A DNA stretch of 64,000 bases, taken from assembly GCA_002633005.1 (NCBI GenBank), contig NMRA01000042.1, positions 370,838 to 434,837 of the forward strand. Direction: 5' to 3'. The position numbers and the translations under genes were made by a program. The DNA comes from Phoronis australis (taxonomy: Eukaryota > Animalia > Phoronida). Positions 61,323 through 64,000 of this stretch are shown in pieces. The notes beneath the pieces were generated by a model. That model worked only from the letters and a program-made list of their open reading frames with translations, ran no database searches and was not told where the DNA came from. Positions within the stretch are counted from its first letter, which is position 1. Each line of letters starts with the position of its first letter.

Positions 61323-63726
61323 ATGGGGTTGATGACGATATTGAAGAAAATGAAACAGAAAGAGAAGGAAGTTAGAATACTAATGCTGTATCTTTTCGTA
61401 AATGACACTTGAACGGTTCAGAGTTCAGTCGCCACGCGTGCCCACTCCACTAGCCTGATGGCTGCCTGTGCCAACTGATGCCTGTGCCAAACTAATTTGG
61501 TGCGCCAAACTGAAACTACCGCGAGTTCCCAAAGTATTTCCAGGGTTTTTAACGGTTATTAGAACTGAAATTGATGACAATGAGTGCTCATGTATGCATG
61601 TCATATGGATTAATTAATGACTGGGGGAAGTGTCCTCATTGTTATCATCTTCAGTTCTGATAATCGTTCAAAACCCTGTAAACCACTAGCAGTAATATGG
61701 GAACTTATGGTAGTTTCAGTTTGGCACAGGCATCGGTTTGACTCGCCAACCAGCGCCAAATTGATGTGCCCAAATAAGTTTGGCGCAATCATCAGTTTGG
61801 GCTGCAACACCGTCGCCTCAGTCTTTGTCTTAGTCACAGTGCTTGTCTGGTCACAAACACAAGGCGACACATCACAACATCAGCTGCTTCTCTCATTTTA
61901 CATTTATTCCAGGCAAGAATGTGAACTTATTTCTTCAAAGAGCAGTTAAAGGCATGCACATGTCTACTGACTGCCTGTGGCCCATTATAAAGTGTTAGAT
62001 GAGTTGCTGATGTTAGTCCTTAACGAGACTTACAGTGGCCTAGATAATGCTGGAAAGACCACCATATTGAAGAAATTCAATGGAGAGGACATAGACACTA
62101 TATCACCTACACTAGGCTTCAACATAAAAACATTGGAGCATAGAGGGTAAGCCCACACTTGAAACGTCTGTGTATGTTTTAGCCTATTAGTAAGTAACTG
62201 GCAATGTAGAAGCATTACCTGCTCAGCGGAGGCGCACTGCTTTCTGGTATTTCACCTGGTGTCTGACGTTTGTTACTGTATATGCTTGGTGACACTTCTT
62301 AATTCTTGATTGTTGTGTGCAAATAGTGACACTGTCAAGGTTTGCATCGATCTGACTATTTTAGCATCCCCGGACTCATTCACTAGTAAATACACTCCAT
62401 TGGGTTTGCCTGAGCTTTGTCTGAGGTTTTGATGTATGATTGTAACTACACAAGATTATCATGTGTGTCAGTGATGTGAAATGCGCATTCGTGCTTGAAA
62501 TGTTACTCCCTCAATGTACTCCAGCTCCCCCTAGTGACAACTTTTATTTGAAGTTGTCTTGGGCATGCACGTGGTTGGGTAATTTCTCAAGAATTTTTGT
62601 TCACTTGTAGTGTTATCATCAGCATTTGTCCATTTGTTGTACACCATGCATGCTTTAATTGTTTTTGGTGTATCCATGGTTCTTTCCAGTTTCAAATTGA
62701 ATGTCTGGGATGTTGGCGGTCAAAAATCCCTACGTTCTTATTGGAGAAACTACTTTGAGAGCACTGATGGTCTGGTATGGGTGGTCGACTGTGCCGACAG
62801 GAGGAGGCTGTCTGATTGTAAAAAGGAACTGTTTGCGCTTTTACAAGAAGAGGTATGCTATAATACACCTGACCTTTAACTCGTACCTATAATTTAGATG
62901 AAGGACAACCACATAATATAGTGGACAAGTAAGATTTTGTTGTGTCGAATTTCACAGCAAAAGTAAAATTAAAGAAGTTTTGCTCTATTGTGATGAAAAT
63001 TTGTTTTAATTATTGAAAATAGCAAAATTGGTTCTGGCCTTTTTTGAAAATTGATTTGTTCATATGGTATTTTATTTAGTGGTCAATATTTAGTAACGAA
63101 AAAGTTCCCTAGTGCCATGAGAAATGGTTCAATGTCCTTTCCCTCCAGTGTCACTCGACGCCAGCTAAAATGGGTGGTGACCCTTTTTGCTCAGCGTCAC
63201 TTGATGCCTGATGAGTTTGAAAATAGCACACGTGTGCTTTGTTTGTGACAGGAGTTGTTAATCAAAACAGAATCCTGTCATGGAAAGTATTGTCGTTTGA
63301 GAGGCTTTGGATTTTAGGCCTATTTGGTTTGGCCAACCTTAAAACTGTATTCGATAATGGCCTACATACACATTGCCTCTGACTGAAATTGGTAGCATTA
63401 TTAAATGGAATCCTGTCACAGTAAGGAATGTTATGAGACTGATTTTAGAGAATAAAAGTCCCATTTTCATCTCTCAGCCTGCTGAACAGGGCAAAATGCA
63501 GCTTTTATATTTTGCCGCAATGACTTTTCATTGGCTTTAAGAGGAGTTTCCCATTGTGACAGCAAAAATGTTTTGTCCGTTTACTTTTTAACTAGCATTT
63601 AGTGTTTCTTGCATGTGTACGTAATAGTATGATTTCTTGTTTCAGAGGTTAGCTGGAGCCACGCTGTTGGTCTTTGCCAATAAACAAGATCTGCCGGGGG
63701 CTCTGCCAGCTGAAGAAATTAAAGAT
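61323..63726 (+). CDS. ARL2: ADP-ribosylation factor-like protein 2 (first 140 aa; last exon right of the window)
   Basis: Exons 61323-61387, 62036-62146, 62690-62852, 63646-63726. Translation [92 protein letters not shown]...[24 protein letters not shown] matches ARL2. Confidence 0.97.
61388..62035 (+). other. U12-type (minor spliceosome) GT-AG intron, ARL2 intron 1
   Basis: 5' site GTATCTTTT (U12 consensus RTATCCTTT, one mismatch). Branch sequence TCCTTAAC at 62017-62024, ~12 nt upstream of the CAG acceptor. No polypyrimidine tract. Confidence 0.85.
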
Positions 63727-63920
63727 GTATGTTCACTCTTAAGCTAGTACCTCTGTGGACTGTGGTGGGAGTCCAACATTTGCAAGAAATATGTTAATTA
63801 GCAACAGTTGTCACTTGGAGTTGCACTGAGTTGGTAGTTTGCAAACGTCAGTCAAAATCTATCAGGAGTTTGCATACATGTCATTTCAATGCAAAACATA
63901 TTTACTGTGCAATTACATTG

Positions 63921-63998
63921 GGGTCCTCAGTAGCTCAGCGATAAGATCACTATACCGGCAATCTAGAGACCTGTAATTCGATTCCCACTTGGGTTCCT
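63921..63998 (+). mobile_element. tRNA-like SINE head / tRNA pseudogene in an ARL2 intron
   Basis: TAGCTCAGCGATAAGA (A-box-like) and ATTCGATTCCC (B-box-like); stems are broken, so not a functional tRNA. Confidence 0.45.
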
Positions 63999-64000
63999 GT

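Noticed and set aside
63921-63998. tRNA gene
   Set aside because: Broken stems and altered T-loop; SINE head or pseudogene.

Overview
Intron-rich metazoan (probably invertebrate; taxon cannot be fixed from sequence alone) genomic DNA with two assembly gaps; not prokaryotic, no CRISPR/rRNA. Six protein-coding loci can be built by hand with phase-consistent splice sites: (1) 5' part of a striatin gene (minus strand, 9 coding exons, WD40 exons lie left of the window); (2) a single-coding-exon 7x C2H2 zinc-finger gene, divergent from striatin; (3) an intronless 542-aa ORF with a divergent SARM1/TIR_2-like TIR domain that lacks the catalytic Glu and appears split by a ~100-aa insertion; (4) a 12-exon LRRC74-like LRR + EF-hand gene (minus strand, 632 aa) convergent with the TIR gene; (5) a mu-class glutathione S-transferase whose canonical first exon (catalytic Tyr) I could not find; (6) the 5' part of ARL2, whose first intron has U12 (minor spliceosome) signals. 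Introns and intergenic DNA hold many non-autonomous DNA transposons/MITEs, tRNA-derived SINE pieces and minisatellites. The most interesting candidates are the split pseudo-catalytic TIR protein and the U12 intron. All family assignments come from motif recognition by eye, not from database searches.
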